DNA from: Camelus ferus
Taxonomy: Eukaryota
DNA length: 64,000 bases
Reading direction: 5' to 3'
NCBI RefSeq assembly: GCF_009834535.1
Contig: NC_045697.1
Span: forward strand, 68,636,001 to 68,700,000
A program made the translations under genes and the position numbers. Shown piece after piece: positions 25,071 through 39,313 of the stretch; the first letter of the stretch is position 1, and every line of letters begins with the position of its first letter. The notes under the pieces are model-generated. The model ran no database searches and was not told the origin of the DNA. It worked only from the letters and a program-made list of their open reading frames with translations.

Positions 25071-27999
25071 ACCTTACTTGTTTATGTTCATTTTGAAGAG
25101 GGTTTTTTTAATACAAAATTGACCAGCTAGTATTTTTACAGATATTTTCTCCATGCTATCGTTGTTAGCAATAATATACTTTTAAAGGCAATGTGTTCAG
25201 TGCAGCAAATAAAATATTTCCTAACACCTGGAATATGTATTTTTTTTGTATAGTGTGTTCATTTATTCAACAGACTTTTTTTTAATCTCTAGCATGTGCC
25301 ACACAATCAGGATACAAAAATGAAGAAAACACTGTCATGGTCCTCGAGAAGCATCTTAACTTGAGGCTTTTAAACTTCAAATCACATAACTAATCTGCCT
25401 TGCCCTGATTAGATGTTCACTAAAATTCCTTTCAATTATAATAGTTTCTCACATGGCACCTAGGGAGAAAATGTGCTTACTAGAAGACTCAAGTGTCTGG
25501 TTCCCTGGATAGTTGTATTTCTTACTGTAAATTTATCGACTGGCTCCTTGGTTACAATCAGGCTTTGTAGGTAGCTTTCCTTATTTGGTACCTTTAGCAA
25601 TTACAGTTCTTATTGTAAGGTGATATTTGGGTTTTATATATCAGTCTCCTGAGCTTGGTTAGTATAAGTTTGCCCATGAAAGTTATTTGTCTTTGATGTG
25701 CTAGATTTCTGAAATAGAATAGCTGAGGTTCAGACCCTGGGTGACAATAAATTTACTACGGTAGTGCCACATTTTAGAACCTCTTGGGAACTAGCCACAT
25801 AGGTTTCCCTAGTGAATCCACCTCTTCCTTTAGATCAGTTGAACCAAGTACATATTTGATAGTAAACGAGTTAAAATATTAGGTTAAATACTAAGGTTTC
25901 CGAACAAATCTGAACAAATCCATGCATATGAAATTATAGTTTTAACTGACTCAATTTTTTTCCTCTTAAATATTTAGATATTTCCTTTGAATAACTCTAT
26001 ACTAAAAGCCTATTTAGCTGACTGTGTCTTCCTACCATACCACTATAACCCAGAGAAGTAGAAAACTATAAAAATAGGTAATATATTTTCAAATAATTCA
26101 TGGATCAAAAAAGTTAGAATGCAAGTAAGATAACATTTTGCATTGAATGATAATGAAAATACAACATATCAACAAAAAATGAACTCAGTATTACTGTGAT
26201 ACTCAAAATAGTTTGCTGTTTCCCATTTCATTAACTTGTGTTTTTCAACTGACAAGCATTTATATTCTATTTTAAAATGTAAAACCACATATTATAGGCT
26301 ATTAACAAATCATTTATTTCAAAATAAGATTATACTGGAAAAAGAAAGTAGGAAGCTTTATAAGACAGTCCTTGGAACCTGACTTCAGATATATTTGTAA
26401 TATCACATTATTATTCACTAATTTCATGATTTATTTTCTTTCCTAAATAACTAATGAAGAGTTTTGTTATTTAAATTAACAAGAGTTTTAATAGAAAAAG
26501 TATAGTAAATATAATTTGACTACACGAGGAATATGAAATTAAAAAACTCCAATTCATGAGAAAATTCTAAGAAGCCTCAGATGCAATCAGATAACAGAGA
26601 AAAAGATTCCATTTAAGTTTTTAAGATGAAACTTTATTCCTCCTTATGAGCTTTAGACATCCAATCTATAAAATTAGAATTGATGCACTAAGTTTTAATT
26701 AGGTTCAGAAAAATCTTACAAGAAATTGTAATAGTGTCTTGCCTTAAAACAAACCATAAAGAACAACAAAGTTTATTAGCACATTGTTCAGAGAATCATA
26801 GAGAATTTCCAAATGAGAAAGAAAAGTGTGAAAGAATAACTTAATTAGGATTTATGTCATTAAAATATAAAAATCTAAAAACAAAGCCTAATGTAGGTGT
26901 TAACATTAGAAAGTTACTCAGTATTTGATTTTAAATCAAGAAAATCTGCACTGTTAGCATTACATAATGTAAGGGCAAATTAAACGTAAAACACTGCTGT
27001 TGTGTCCCCTACTTTTGCCACATGTTAAAGAGAAGAAGAAGGGCCTCCACTCTGAAGAGGGAAAACAGGAGTCTGTGCTTCAGAATTACAGATGACATCC
27101 CATAATAGTCTACTCCAGCTAACATCTGTCATACATAGAATTAATTCTTGAAAATTCAAGAACACTAAAACCACAGCAATAGCTTTACATATAAACTCTA
27201 AGTGTCTAAGAACAGAGCCCTCTACTGAGCCCTGGGAAAGATACAAAGCAGCGGAAGTACTGTGGTTACCAGGGTAAACTGGTAAGTCTCGTTAGGATCA
27301 AAGTTCCTTCTTCGGCACTAAATTATACATCAGTGTGGAGACAGTGTGGAGACTGTAAACCTTTACAACAAGCTGTTTTAAACATTTCAGGCAATGGCTG
27401 ATTCCAAACTTCTAATAATCCGTGTCCGAGAATGAGGATAACTGCCGATCACTGATTTGTTCCACGTGTATACTTCACCTTCCATCCAACACAGACGCAA
27501 GGCTGGGGACACTGACTCTAGAAACCCTACCATCTAGGGACAGAGGCGGATAAACATCTGCAATATTCCTTGTCCCCTAAACACACACATGCATACAGAT
27601 ACAGGAAGGATTATTATTATCAAATGAGAAAAATATATGACAAAGATAAGCACAGAGTATTGCAGTGTTATGAGAACCCTAAAAAAACACAAACAGGCTT
27701 CAGGTTAGGGTGGGGAACTTCCATTTCTGCATAGGATCAAATACCTTGTGAAGGCCAATGCTCACACTGCAACAACTAGTAAAGAACAATTAGTAAAACA
27801 AACCATTTGAAAAAGTCACATGCTTTTAAAGATATTACAGTGTCGAGGAAACAACAAAGACTAGATAAACTAAAATACCAAAGCAATGAGACTTTTCTCA
27901 AAAGAAAATCACCATCTGTTTTCTTCTCTAGGGTCATTTGTTTCTGGGTGTGATCTGAGGACCAGAGTAGGATCACAAAAAGTGACTTTACTGGAGTAT

Positions 28000-30640
28000 G
28001 GAGAAACCAGCAGAGTATTTGATGGGCATGTGGCACCAGTGTGATTGTTTGGAAACTGGAGAAACCACTGGTAAGTGGCCAGTTTTCTGCATCAAGAGTA
28101 AATGGACAAGGATGGGGCTGGGCCTGAAAGGAAGAGTGAAATCTTTTCCATCCTGCTGTGTTTCTGAGGCAAATACTACGAAGGGACAGTCCCATCACAT
28201 ATTCACATCTGGCATACTTTGAAGCTTTCTGGGGCAAAAACTAAAGCTAAATCTCCCACAGTTTCACAGCTAAGTAGGCAGAATCTAAGAGGCTTTGAAT
28301 TAAGAGCTCATAAGGATCATGTCCAAGGAACAGGGATGAACCAAAGGTGAATTGAGTATTAACTAAAACTGCAGCCTAAACCTGATCCTGCTCCCCCTGG
28401 ACTGGACTGAAGTGATTAGTCTCTCATGGGTTAAGCCTTCCCTGTTGGCAAATAGGACTAAAGCTTTTACAGTCACTTTATACACAAATCTGACATCCAA
28501 TTAAAAATTACTTGTTATGCAAACAGGCAGGAAATTGTGACCATCAGTAAGGACAAAAAGTAAGCAAGAGAAGGATATGAATAAATGATTTAGACCCAGG
28601 AGTTCTCCAAGAAGAACATTAAAATATCAAAATGTAATTATTAACAATTAAGGAAGAGAAAAAAAATCATAGAAGGATGAAAACTGCTACAGGGAATTGG
28701 AATCTATAAAATAAACATCAAGTAGGCATTTAAAAACTGTACAAGCACAATATTTGAAATTTAAACCTCATTGGATGAGATTAATAGTAAACTGGATGAA
28801 GAAGAAGACAGGATTAATGAACTAAAAACAGGTCACAGGTCAATTAAAAAAAAATTGTAACCGAAACCACAGGAGGAGAAAAACATGGAAAGAAAAAAAG
28901 AGTGCAAGAGAGGTAAGGGACACAGCAAAGGTCTAACATACTTGTAAATAGACTACCCAAAGGAAATGTCAGGGAAATTGTGCCAAAAGCAATCTCTGAA
29001 CAGATAATGACCAAGAATTTTCTAAAGCCAATCAACGCTATCCCAAGCCACATATTTAAGAAAATCATAGGACCACAAGCAGGGTAAATAACATGAAGGC
29101 TATAACTAGCCACATCAAGGTCAAGCTGTTGAAATCCAAAGACTAAAATAAATTGTAAAAGCAGTAACAACAAAACTGATAACACACTTACCAACAGAAA
29201 TATGGCAGTCAGTAGAAAATGTGCTAAGCTCTAAAAGATTGACAAAAAAATTTCCAACCTAGAGTTCACCCCAGTGAAAATATCCTTTAAAGATAAGAGT
29301 GCGATAAAAATATTTTCAGATAAAGAAAAGATAAGAGTATTAGTCAGCAGCTGAGATCATTGATTGCAATATAAAAAATACACAGGAAGTTTCTCAGACT
29401 GACAGAAAAATGACCCCGGATGGAAAGATGAAACTGAAGGAAGAACTGAAGAGCACTAGAAAAGGTGACTTTGTTGATACAGAGAAAAAAGATTGATTGT
29501 TTAGAAAAACAATATTATTTGTGTCTTGTGGATGTACACTGCAGAAAGAAAAATGTCTGACAACAACAGTACAAAAGGTAAGAGGAGACTAAACGGAGCT
29601 CACGTGTAGTATGGTTTCAGCACTGTTTACGAAGAGCTAATAGCACTAGCTTAGGGAGCCTCTAATAAGTCAAGAATGTATATTGAATGACTGAAACATT
29701 ACGCTGCACACCAGAAATTGGCACAACATTGTAAACTGACTATACTTCAATAAAAGAAGAAAATAAAAGAGAATGTATACTGAACCCTCGAGCATAATCA
29801 CTAGAGAGGAATACAAGGAAGAAACGAGAATAAACAAATATAATTAATTAATTAATTAATTAAATACAGTGAATATAAATATAATTAACACTATAAGAAA
29901 GAGAGAAAAGAGGAATAAAAACAGCAAATACTGCATGCAAAAATAGACAATATATAGTAAGATGGTAGATTTAAATGCAAATATATGAGTAATTACATGA
30001 AATCTAAAAGCACCAAAACTATAATTAAAGGACAGAAATAGAATAGTTTTAAAAAATAAGATAAAGCCACATGCTACTTACAAGAAACATTTAAAATATA
30101 AGAACATAGAAAAGTGCAAGTAAAAAATTGAAAAATATACCACAAAATATTTATTAAAAGAAAGAGCTGTTGAAAAAAAGAAAGAGATGTGACTATATTA
30201 GTATCTGACTAAAAGGACTGTGAAGTAAAAATAATCACTAGAGATAAAAAGGGCTAATTTATAATGAAAAAATAATTTCAAAAGAAAATAAAACAATCCT
30301 TAGTTTCCATTTAACTTAAAAAAATACCTAAAGAAAATTTTAGAGGTAAAAGGAGAAATACGTATATCCACAGTCATCATAGGAAATTTTAAATGCACCT
30401 CTCTCAAAAACTAGTAGAATATACAGAAGGGAAAAAAAAAAACAAAACAGTAGCACGATTGAAAATTTGAATACTATACTTAACCAATGTGACCTAACTG
30501 GCACGTACAGAACATTATGCACAGCACCTGCAGAAGGTAAATTATTTTCAGCTTCACATAGAAGATTGACCAAAATGTGTCATTAGAAGCTCATTTGCCA
30601 TAAATAGAAAATAATCATCAAAATTAAAATATACAGAAAA
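28000..30640 (+). mobile_element. old L1 5' portion (5'UTR, ORF1, ORF2 endonuclease)
   Basis: ORF1-like GAAGAAGACAGGATTAATGAAC, TTCCAACCTAGAGTTCACCCCAGTGAAAATATCCTTT; EN-like TAGAGATAAAAAGGG, GGAAATTTTAATGCACCTCTCTCA, GACCTAACTGGCACGTACAGAACA. Confidence 0.82.
29688..29769 (+). mobile_element. 82-bp extreme 3' L1 insertion with 15-bp TSD
   Basis: TGACTGAAACATTACGCTGCACACCAGAAATT...ACTATACTTCAATAAAA; TSD AGAATGTATA(T/C)TGAA at 29673-29687 and 29770-29784. Confidence 0.92.
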
Positions 30641-30719
30641 CAGAAGAGTTATGCACTTAATGTGCATACTGTGTTAAGAAGTTTTTAATTTTTCAGCCTG
30701 AGATTGTACAGGAAACAAT

Positions 30720-32050
30720 TAAAAATTAGCAAATTATATAAGAAAATCAGATTTATACTTAGAAAGTTAAAAAAAACTGGCAACACAATTTGAATATTGG
30801 ATTGGAAGTGCACAGTACCGTATAGCAGGTCATTGTACTCATATAGGTGAATGATAATAAGATTATGAACTGGGAAAGGAAGAGCGGGCATGGAAAAGTT
30901 GATGCAGATTTAGGAGATAGTAAAACTAAAGAATTTCCAGGGCTAAGTGATTGGCATCAACAACTAACATAGGAATGGTAGGCAATGGAGCAGAAGTGAG
31001 GTGAGTTATGAGATAGGTAACTTCAGCTTGGAACATGCTGTCCTTGAGGTGCACAGGGAACCCCCAGCTGGAAACGTCCAGCATGAAATTCAATATGTAG
31101 TGAAGCACTTGGGGAAAATGGGGACCAGATAAGCGGTCTGGGATTTATCAGTAGCAACAGCCAGGATACTGATCAGAGCATCTAAGAGCACTAAAGAAAG
31201 AAAATCAGAAGAAGAGAGGAGAAAGGTGAGAATAGACAGTGACAGCAGAAGAAAAGGAAGGAAAAAGAGGAAAAGGATGAGAAGGAAAGGAAAAAAGGGA
31301 AGGATGGCAGATAAAGAATACAGTATGGAGAGGGAAGAGGATCCTCATGGTTTAAAAATATTCATAAACAGCCTTCACTTACTGAGGGCTCAGTATGCAC
31401 CATATTAGGCTCTTTAATAATTTTTTCAAAATAATTGATCCTTACAACCCATTATGTAGTTATGATTACTATCTTTACCTTAAAGAAAAGCAAACTGAAT
31501 TTGAGGAGATTATGTAATGTCCTCAAAGTAAACCAGGTATTAAGCAGCAAAATAGGGACAGTAAATCCAGATGCTCCTGGCAGGTTTCATGAAATCTAAC
31601 ACTATAGTGCCCACCCAGCCTACGTCACAGAGCTAAGCCAAAACAGGAAAAGTACCGTCCCTGAGGAAGTGGCCACTGTGGCCAGTACTGCAAAACAAAA
31701 CAAAACAAAAGAAATAAACAAAAAATACAAACTAAGAAACAATATTTTAAAACATGTTGTTTGGGTTTTGCCTTCAAGAATTCACTAATGTTCTTGACAA
31801 AAACAGTTGCCCCTGAGTGGTAGAAGACAGGCTAAAGCAGGTGGAGGCGTCCACAGAAGGTAAACAGATGAAGACAATAAATTTGGACTCTTCTTTAAAG
31901 TCTAGCCATGAAGAAAGGAAGATTGAGCGTAGTTAATGTGTAGTGGAAGGAGATTTTGTTTTTGGTCCAAATATCTTAGAGTTATGAATATACTGTATGC
32001 TGAAGGGCATGTAAGCAGCAGAGAGATTAAAGAAATAGGGGAAAGACGAT
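30720..32050 (-). mobile_element. fragmented L2 with a purine-rich low-complexity tract and nested MIR (~31370-31570)
   Basis: TTCAGCTTGGAACATGCTG...TTGAGGTGC; GGGATTTATCAG; TTGACAAAAACAGTTG...GAGTGGTAG. Confidence 0.6.
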
Positions 32051-35000
32051 AACTGAATGAGGGTGTCACCTGAAGAAACAGGACACTAAGTGTGAGAGCC
32101 CTGGGGGATCACGTCAAGAGGACTGAGTTAAAAGTCCTCAAATTTATCCTCAAATCCAAGGAAAAGATTTTCTTTTCACTATGAAAGTCGATTCCCAAAG
32201 TGTCTATAAAAAAGGGAATTGAAGAAATTCTTCCTGAGATGATTATTTTCTTATGGAGGAGAAAAAAAGTGAGTTGCATTTTATTGGCAATAAAAATGTT
32301 TTTCATATGGCATGTGATTTTGTATTACTTAAACTAATAGTAACCAAAACTCTGCGTCACTTATATTTATCCTTATAATTTCTTAGCTTCCAGAATACAG
32401 GCTTTTACACACTTGCAAAATACTATTTGTAAATATTTAGATAAAAGTTAAAGTTCCAGTTCTTCATGTCAGTTGGCTCAATTTTTGTTCCAGCCCTCGA
32501 CTACCTTGTACTTTTATCCTCTTTATTACTACCAAAAATTATGTACACGATCAAATCTGAATTTCTTTAGTTGTAGCTTCCTTCTCTTGAACATATCATT
32601 ATCCTGCAAGGGCTTGTTTACGATGTATATATTTATATTTTTAACATATATTCCTCATAACCTGACGTATTCTCTTTCATTAGGACACCTGAGGATGAAG
32701 CGAGGCTGGGGAACGTGGTCACAAACTGAAAAGTCTTATCTGAAAGTGGATAAAATATCATGAATAGAAACACTGAGGATTGTTTTTAAAAAACATTCAT
32801 GGGTCTTTAAGCCCAAGGTCTCAGTGAAATTAAGCTAAGTGCAAAATAATCAGACCTTTGGACAAAACCAAAAATGTATCTGGAACATGATCTCCCTAAG
32901 GTGAACATGGGGCATGTCTAATACGTGCTACAAAGATATACAATCATAATTAAGTGAACTACAAATCTGTTTTGTTGTGGTGCGGAACACTTTCAGAGAT
33001 GAAAACCTGACTTACGGGAATTTACATGACTGTAAATCATGGCCCTAGTAAATCTATAAGGCTGCATTTTTATAAGTAGTTATGTATATTACAAGCAAGT
33101 CATTTTCCCTTCTGGCTTTTCAGATTTAGGGTCTTGTATTCAGAAATGTACTCATTTGGGACACAGCATTCTGGAATTTTTAACAAGATATAAAATTTCA
33201 TTTTCTCAGAAAGACAGCCTCACTGTAAGGACCACATATCAAGTAAATGAGAAAAGACACGTACATGTGTTTGTGGGTGCTTAGAGGGGAAAAGCAGAAA
33301 AGGGAATTGAAAGAAGAAACAACTGGAAAATAATCACCCCATAAAAAGTCAACCACTTGTCTCCAGAGTAGTAAATTATAAGTTGAGGGAGCAATTTGAA
33401 ATAGGAAGTTAGGATAGAATGCACAGTTTGTAAAGTTAAAATATTGTAAAGTTGGAGTAAGGAATTTTAAAGCAATTTTAATGTGTGAAAAATTTTGGAA
33501 CTATGCCATATTGTTTTTCTTCACTTCTAAAAAATTGTACTCTAATACTGAGTATAAAAGTTCCCTGTGTATTTAGCCTGTAATTATGCTAGAAAAATAT
33601 TATTTGCTTTATAAAAGCAAACTTTATATATATGTATGTACACATATATATAATTTTGTTGAAATCTAACTTTAAAATTTTATGTTGAATATTTCTCATT
33701 TTGTTCTGATAGTGCAATACTATGTTTTCAATCTGATTTAAAAAATTGTTTCAAGAAGTCACTTATTTCCAACTACTTAATGAAAACCATGAAAACATAA
33801 AGATGGAATGAAGAGTGGAGGAAAGAAATAAAATACAAATGAAGCAAGTCATCTTCTTTCCCACAGCACTTTCCCCAAATACACCCTGGGAAAATTCAAA
33901 GCTCTTTAGGGTCTCCCTGAAATTCCCTCTTCCTTGTCACTTGCAATGGAATAAATCCATGAGCTATGAAGCTACCTGTTACTGTGCTCAGCTCATTTGC
34001 TACTGAAAAAGTACTTTAGGATTCATTCAAAATAGCAATTTATTTGCAGTTCACTATTATATGGTTTAGCTGTGAATTTGAATCAGAATCAGAGTTACAA
34101 ATTGTAGGGTTAAACATAAACTCTCAAATACTCTAATGCAATTTACTTGTTTTATGTGCAAATTTGAATGTCACTGAAGTGAAGTGTCCTTACTACTGTG
34201 TTCTTCCTCTCAACAACTAACCATATGGAGCAAGTTTTAGGAAATCTGAGACATATGTTCATCTTACTTGAATTACCCTTTGTGCCATTCTTGTGACACT
34301 TATAAAAAACTGCCTTATATTAAAATATGGTTTGGCCCTTGAAGGAGCACACATTCCTTTCTATAAAAGTATTAATTTGGCTCCCAGTTTGTGCTATAAA
34401 TTAAGCTTAGTCCTGGAAGCCACAAGAAGCATGATGGGGACAACCCCTATTCTAATGGAGCCCCCAGAGAGAGAGAGAGACAGACTTAGCCCAAACAACA
34501 GCAATACAGTGTTAAAAGAATCTGACTGCCATATGGAAAAACAATACAAGGACATTTTAATCTAAAACTCAACGTAAAATGTATTAGGTCATTTAGCCTG
34601 GGAACTTTGTATACCCTTAGTTTTAAAACACCTTTTTAGTTTTAAAAACCAATACATAACCGTATCTACTACATTATTTCTCATAAATTTATATTTATGA
34701 AATATATCTCAGTTTTCAAATATTTTTCTCTTCAATTTTCTAGGTGTCAAAAAGCTATTAGTTTGACAAACCACATTACCACATCCATTTCTATTAACCA
34801 CAAAAAAGTAACTTATAAGATTACACTGCAGTTTAAATGTTAACAACTGAATTAATTGTAACATGTTTCTACCTTGTTAGCTTTCCTATTTGAAATTTTC
34901 TATTGCTACTTTAACAAAAAGAACATCAACTATATTGTCTTTATTGATTGCTCACTTATTCAAATAGCTATTACTCATTTGCTAAAAATAAGGTGAATCA

Positions 35001-36184
35001 TAGAACAAGGCTTTCTGAAACTATATATCAAGGAGAAAGTTTTATAGCCTCAGTATTGCTTACAAATCAATTCTTTAGAGTTGGTCTGCCATTAGTAGCT
35101 TTTAAGACTGCCTAGAGCTGTGTCATTCACTGCTATTTTGACACGTTAATGCACTAATGGTATGTGCAGGCTGACATAACTTCTTTCAAGTTCTATTACA
35201 ATAATTATCAAGACCTTTCTATGAGACATGCAAAGTTAAGCAAGGTGACAAAGAGTATGTAAATACTCAAGAATTCCTGGAGCATTCATTTAAAAATGAC
35301 AGTGAATAATTAAGAAACTATAAAAACACAGAGATAAGAACTGTCTGCCGAGAACCTCGTCAGAAGAAACAAACCATGAATAAAAGAGACAGTCACTTAA
35401 AAATGATGGCAGGAGCACTTAAGTATTCAGTTTTTTTATAAAATAAGGTTAAAAGTTATGATAACAGAAATCACATATTAAAACCCTATGAGTTATTGGA
35501 AGTTTAATTAAATGAATCTATATTTAAGAAGCATATAATACAGTAAAAATGGAATTGTCAAAAATCATTTCACCTTTAGTAGGAAGGTAGACACCACTGT
35601 TCTGTGAAAAACAAAAGCATTAATATAAACTAGTAAATATGACACACTCAAGGAGGAAAACACTGGCGAAGGCAATAAAGTCCTTAATAATCTGCCTTCT
35701 GTTGTCTCCCTCCTTCATTTTGTCATATTCCAGGCTAAAAGAACAAAATTACTCCACATAATCTTTCTGTTAGGTTACTTTCATCAAAAATATGAAATTA
35801 TTTATCTTATCACATTAAAACAACATTTTCATCATCCTAGCTCCCTACCAGCTCATTCTCATCAACATTATTTTTGGCCTCCAGTCTGATGGTAATGTGA
35901 GGGAATGACATCACAATCTTTTAATAGAACTGATTTTCATCCTCCCTTTCTTCTTGTCCTATAAATGGCCTAGCTATTTGTAGAAACTTGGTGCTCTAAG
36001 GGACAGTGGAGCCAAAAATACAGACATCAAGTTCCTGAATTTTAAAACATTAAAACCAACAAACAAATAAAAATGGTGGTTCAAGCTTAAGACAGGAAAA
36101 TTGAAAATAATAACTGCAGAGCTACCATCACAAAAGAGATAAGAAATTAAAGAAATGGAGATGTGAGAGGCTTAGAACCGGAGC

Positions 36185-36645
36185 TAGAATACAGGACATA
36201 GTTGTTCTCTTCCCTTGCTTGCTCTGAGAGTTATCCAGGTCCAGAAGGTTCCCCAGAATTCCATGTCAAACAAAACAAAACAAAACAAAACAAAACAAAA
36301 CAAAACAAAACAAAACAAAACCAGAACTGAGATAGCTGTGTAAAGGGATTGGTATAGAAAAGCCCAGTGAGACTCCCAGAATGCCAGTGAGGTACAGAAG
36401 GGTTGCCAAGTTTCCAAGGAAGGAAGAGAGGTGGATAGAGCCAGCAGACACCGAGGAGCCCTAGTGGCCATAATGAAGGATGCTGCAGAGGAAAGTGGGA
36501 GTAAATGAAGATGCAGATACCTCTGCAAATGGCAGCACAGAAGGAAGATCCCAAGCAGGAACATCCTAACTCAGGAGATGACAGCTCAGAGTAGAAGATG
36601 ACACTGAAGCAAATGTCGCCTTGCATCTCTAGCCAGGACACTACA
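36185..36645 (-). mobile_element. possible ancient LTR
   Basis: GC-richer ~460 bp block whose minus strand begins TGTAGTGTCC; family not recognised. Confidence 0.3.
36271..36320 (+). repeat. (CAAAA)10 microsatellite
   Basis: Direct reading; it produces the FCFVL repeats in three minus-strand ORFs. Confidence 0.98.
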
Positions 36646-36779
36646 CAGCTAGGAACTTATTCCCAAAAGAATGAGAGAAGAGAAGAGGGGTGAAGGAGAC
36701 AGAAGAAAGAGGGAACAAGAAGTGGAGAGAGGATGAAAGAGGAAAAAGGAGGAGGGATGGGTATATCTTGAAATTAAGC

Positions 36780-36990
36780 AGTTGAGAGATCAGATTTTTG
36801 AGTCAGAATATTAGAGTTTAATTCCCAGGTCTTATTTGCTGTGTAACCTTTTAGCAAGTTACCTAACCTTTCCATGTCTCAGTGTCCTTATCTGTAAAAC
36901 TGTGATATCAGTAGCATCTAACTTATAGAGATGCAATAAAATTAAATGAATCAATACATATGCAGAGTGTAAGTGGAATACAAGTAAAGC
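36780..36990 (+). mobile_element. MIR SINE
   Basis: GCTGTGTAACCTTTTAGCAAGTTACCTAACCTTTCCATGTCTCAGTGTCCTTATCTGTAAAA. Confidence 0.88.
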
Positions 36991-37407
36991 TTTTAAACAA
37001 GAGGAGAGGATATTCTGGTTAAAAAAACAATAGCGTAATTATAGAATAATTATGGCATGTCCGGGTAACAAGTGAAAGACAGCTGGCTACAGTGGAATAA
37101 TTGTATAGAGAAGAAAAGGAGCTGAGTGTGGAGTACAAGATAGTAACTAAGTATAAAAAGGCAGGACAAGGACTTGGGTCTAGATCTTGTGTTCTACACA
37201 CAGAAGGTCTAGTATAAGTAGGACTGTGACTGATGCATGAAAAAACAGACAGTGGGGAGTCAATGAATGACTCCAAATAGGAGGACTATATGTATGAAGC
37301 ACTAGATTTTGGAAAAGCAATCTTGAAAAGTTAGATTCAGAATAAGAGATGAACTAGAAAAGTAAATACAATAGAAGACAGCATATTATTATGAAAACGT
37401 GTGTAAG

Positions 37408-38165
37408 ACAAATGAGAAATGCTGGAGAGGGTGTGGACAAAAGGGAACCCTCAGTACACTGTTGGTGGGAATGTAGTTTGGTGCAGCCATTATGGAAAAC
37501 AGTATTGAGATTCCTCAAAAACTAAAAATAGACTCCGTATGATCCAGCAATCCCACTCCAGGGCATATATCTGGAGGGAACTTTAATTTGAAAAGATACC
37601 TGCACCCCAATGTTCATAGCAGCACCATTTACAATAGACAAGACATGGAAACAACCTAAATATCCATCGACAGATGACTGGATTAAAAAGTTGTGGTGTA
37701 TTTATATAGTGGAATACTACTCAGCCATAAAAAAGAATAAAATAATGCCACTTGCAGCAACAAGAATGGACCTGGAGATCGTCATTCTCAGTGAAATAAG
37801 CCAGAAAGAGAAAGGAAAATACCATATGTTATTACTCATATATGGAATCTAAAAAAAAGATGATACTAATGAACTTAAAACAAACAGACTCACAGACATA
37901 GTAAATAAACTTATGGTTACCAGGGGGAGAGGGAGTGGAAAGGGATGAATTGGGAGTTTGAAATTTGCAAATACTAACTACTATATGTAAAATAAACAAC
38001 AAGTTTCTTCTGTATAGCACAGGGAACTATATTCAGCATCTTGTAATAACCTATAATGAAAAAGAATATGAAAACAACTATATGTATGTATATGTATGAC
38101 TAAAATTATATGCTGTACACCAGAAACTGATATGCTGTAAACTGACTATACTTCAATTTTAAAAA
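37408..38165 (+). mobile_element. 5'-truncated young L1 (ORF2 end plus 3'UTR)
   Basis: ORF MFIAAPFTIDKTWKQPKYPSTDDWIKKLW...MDLEIVILSEISQ; 3'UTR ends AACTGACTATACTTCAAT. Confidence 0.95.
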
Positions 38166-39235
38166 GCTAAGAATATTGACAAGGATAATGACTGAAAATT
38201 AAAAGGAATTTATCAGTAGAAATCTAAATCAGAAAAAAATAAAAATAAAGATGTAATCTATGAAAATCATATATTCCCATATACTGTGACTTCTATAGAC
38301 TAAAAAGACAATAAAAAAGAAATATTTTGTACACACTTAAGATATTTTTACATTTATAGAAGGATCTAAACTACTTGCCCCTATAAATTGTACACTATGG
38401 ACCAGCATGGACCAGTCCTCAAGTTAATAGTAAGATTCTCCACACCAGTCTCTGTGAACTTGTATGATTAAGTGTGCAAGTCAGAAAAAACTCATATTCC
38501 AACTACGTGTGAATCAGCTTACAAAAATAATAAAAAATGTTAAGATCTGACCATAGCATAAACATGTTAGTCATATGTAAGGACAACAAAAACATTTAGT
38601 CACATGTAATGAAGTTAGGCCCTTATAAATTTCCTCTGTGTATATACTGGTTACAGAATTTTTTTCAGTTCCTGGTCTAAAATACTAAGGAATGCTACCC
38701 ACCATGCCAAGACAGTTTAAGCTTTGTGCTCTGGAGAGGACAGTACTTCAGAAAAAAAGTGATTACAACATTTCCACTCCAGAGATCTATCATAAAGTTT
38801 TATGAATCTTTATGCTCAATTATAAGAAACACAAATACTGATACTTTTTCTTCCAAGAATTTTTCCTATACAGATAATAAAAAGCTAATCATAAATCATC
38901 TGTATTTAAATTTAAAGGGAAAATTTTTATTTCAAATAACAGAGGTTCAGAAAGTTTTTAGAGTATGTGTAACTATGAAATAAAAGAAATAATAAAACTG
39001 AACTTGGTTTGAACAAGTAAGTGTGGGGTCAAATTTTGCTTTAAAACAAAGAATCAGTTAGGACGCCTAAAAATTAACTCCAGACTTCTGAGGTTTATGT
39101 TGTCAGAATTTATTTTTTGGAATATTTCATGTGTGATACTGCAATATTTATATTCTGATAGAGAAATGTACACTTAGTTCACTATCTATTACTATTATAC
39201 ATTATTAGACAGTACCTTGAAGAGAATAAAACTAC

Positions 39236-39313
39236 CTGTGTCATTTCCCCAGTGTACTCCCTGATCATCCTGGAGTCTGCAATAGCATCCCTATACTGAT
39301 CATTCATTTTTCC
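39236..39313 (-). other. candidate 78-nt exon (GKMNDQYRDAIADSRMIREYTGEMTQ in its only open frame); gene unidentified
   Basis: Minus strand: ctcattatttctttag|GGAAAAATG...ACACAG|gtagtt; apparently non-repeat sequence; length is a multiple of 3. Confidence 0.3.

Noticed and set aside
27776..28237. 153-aa minus-strand ORF
   Set aside because: No recognisable domain; it partly overlaps the presumed 5' region of an old L1 in antisense.
31200..31408. Basic, protamine-like ORF (RRKGRKKRKRMRRK)
   Set aside because: Translation of a GA-rich low-complexity tract.
36184..36641. ORFs with FCFVL repeats
   Set aside because: Produced by the (CAAAA)10 microsatellite.
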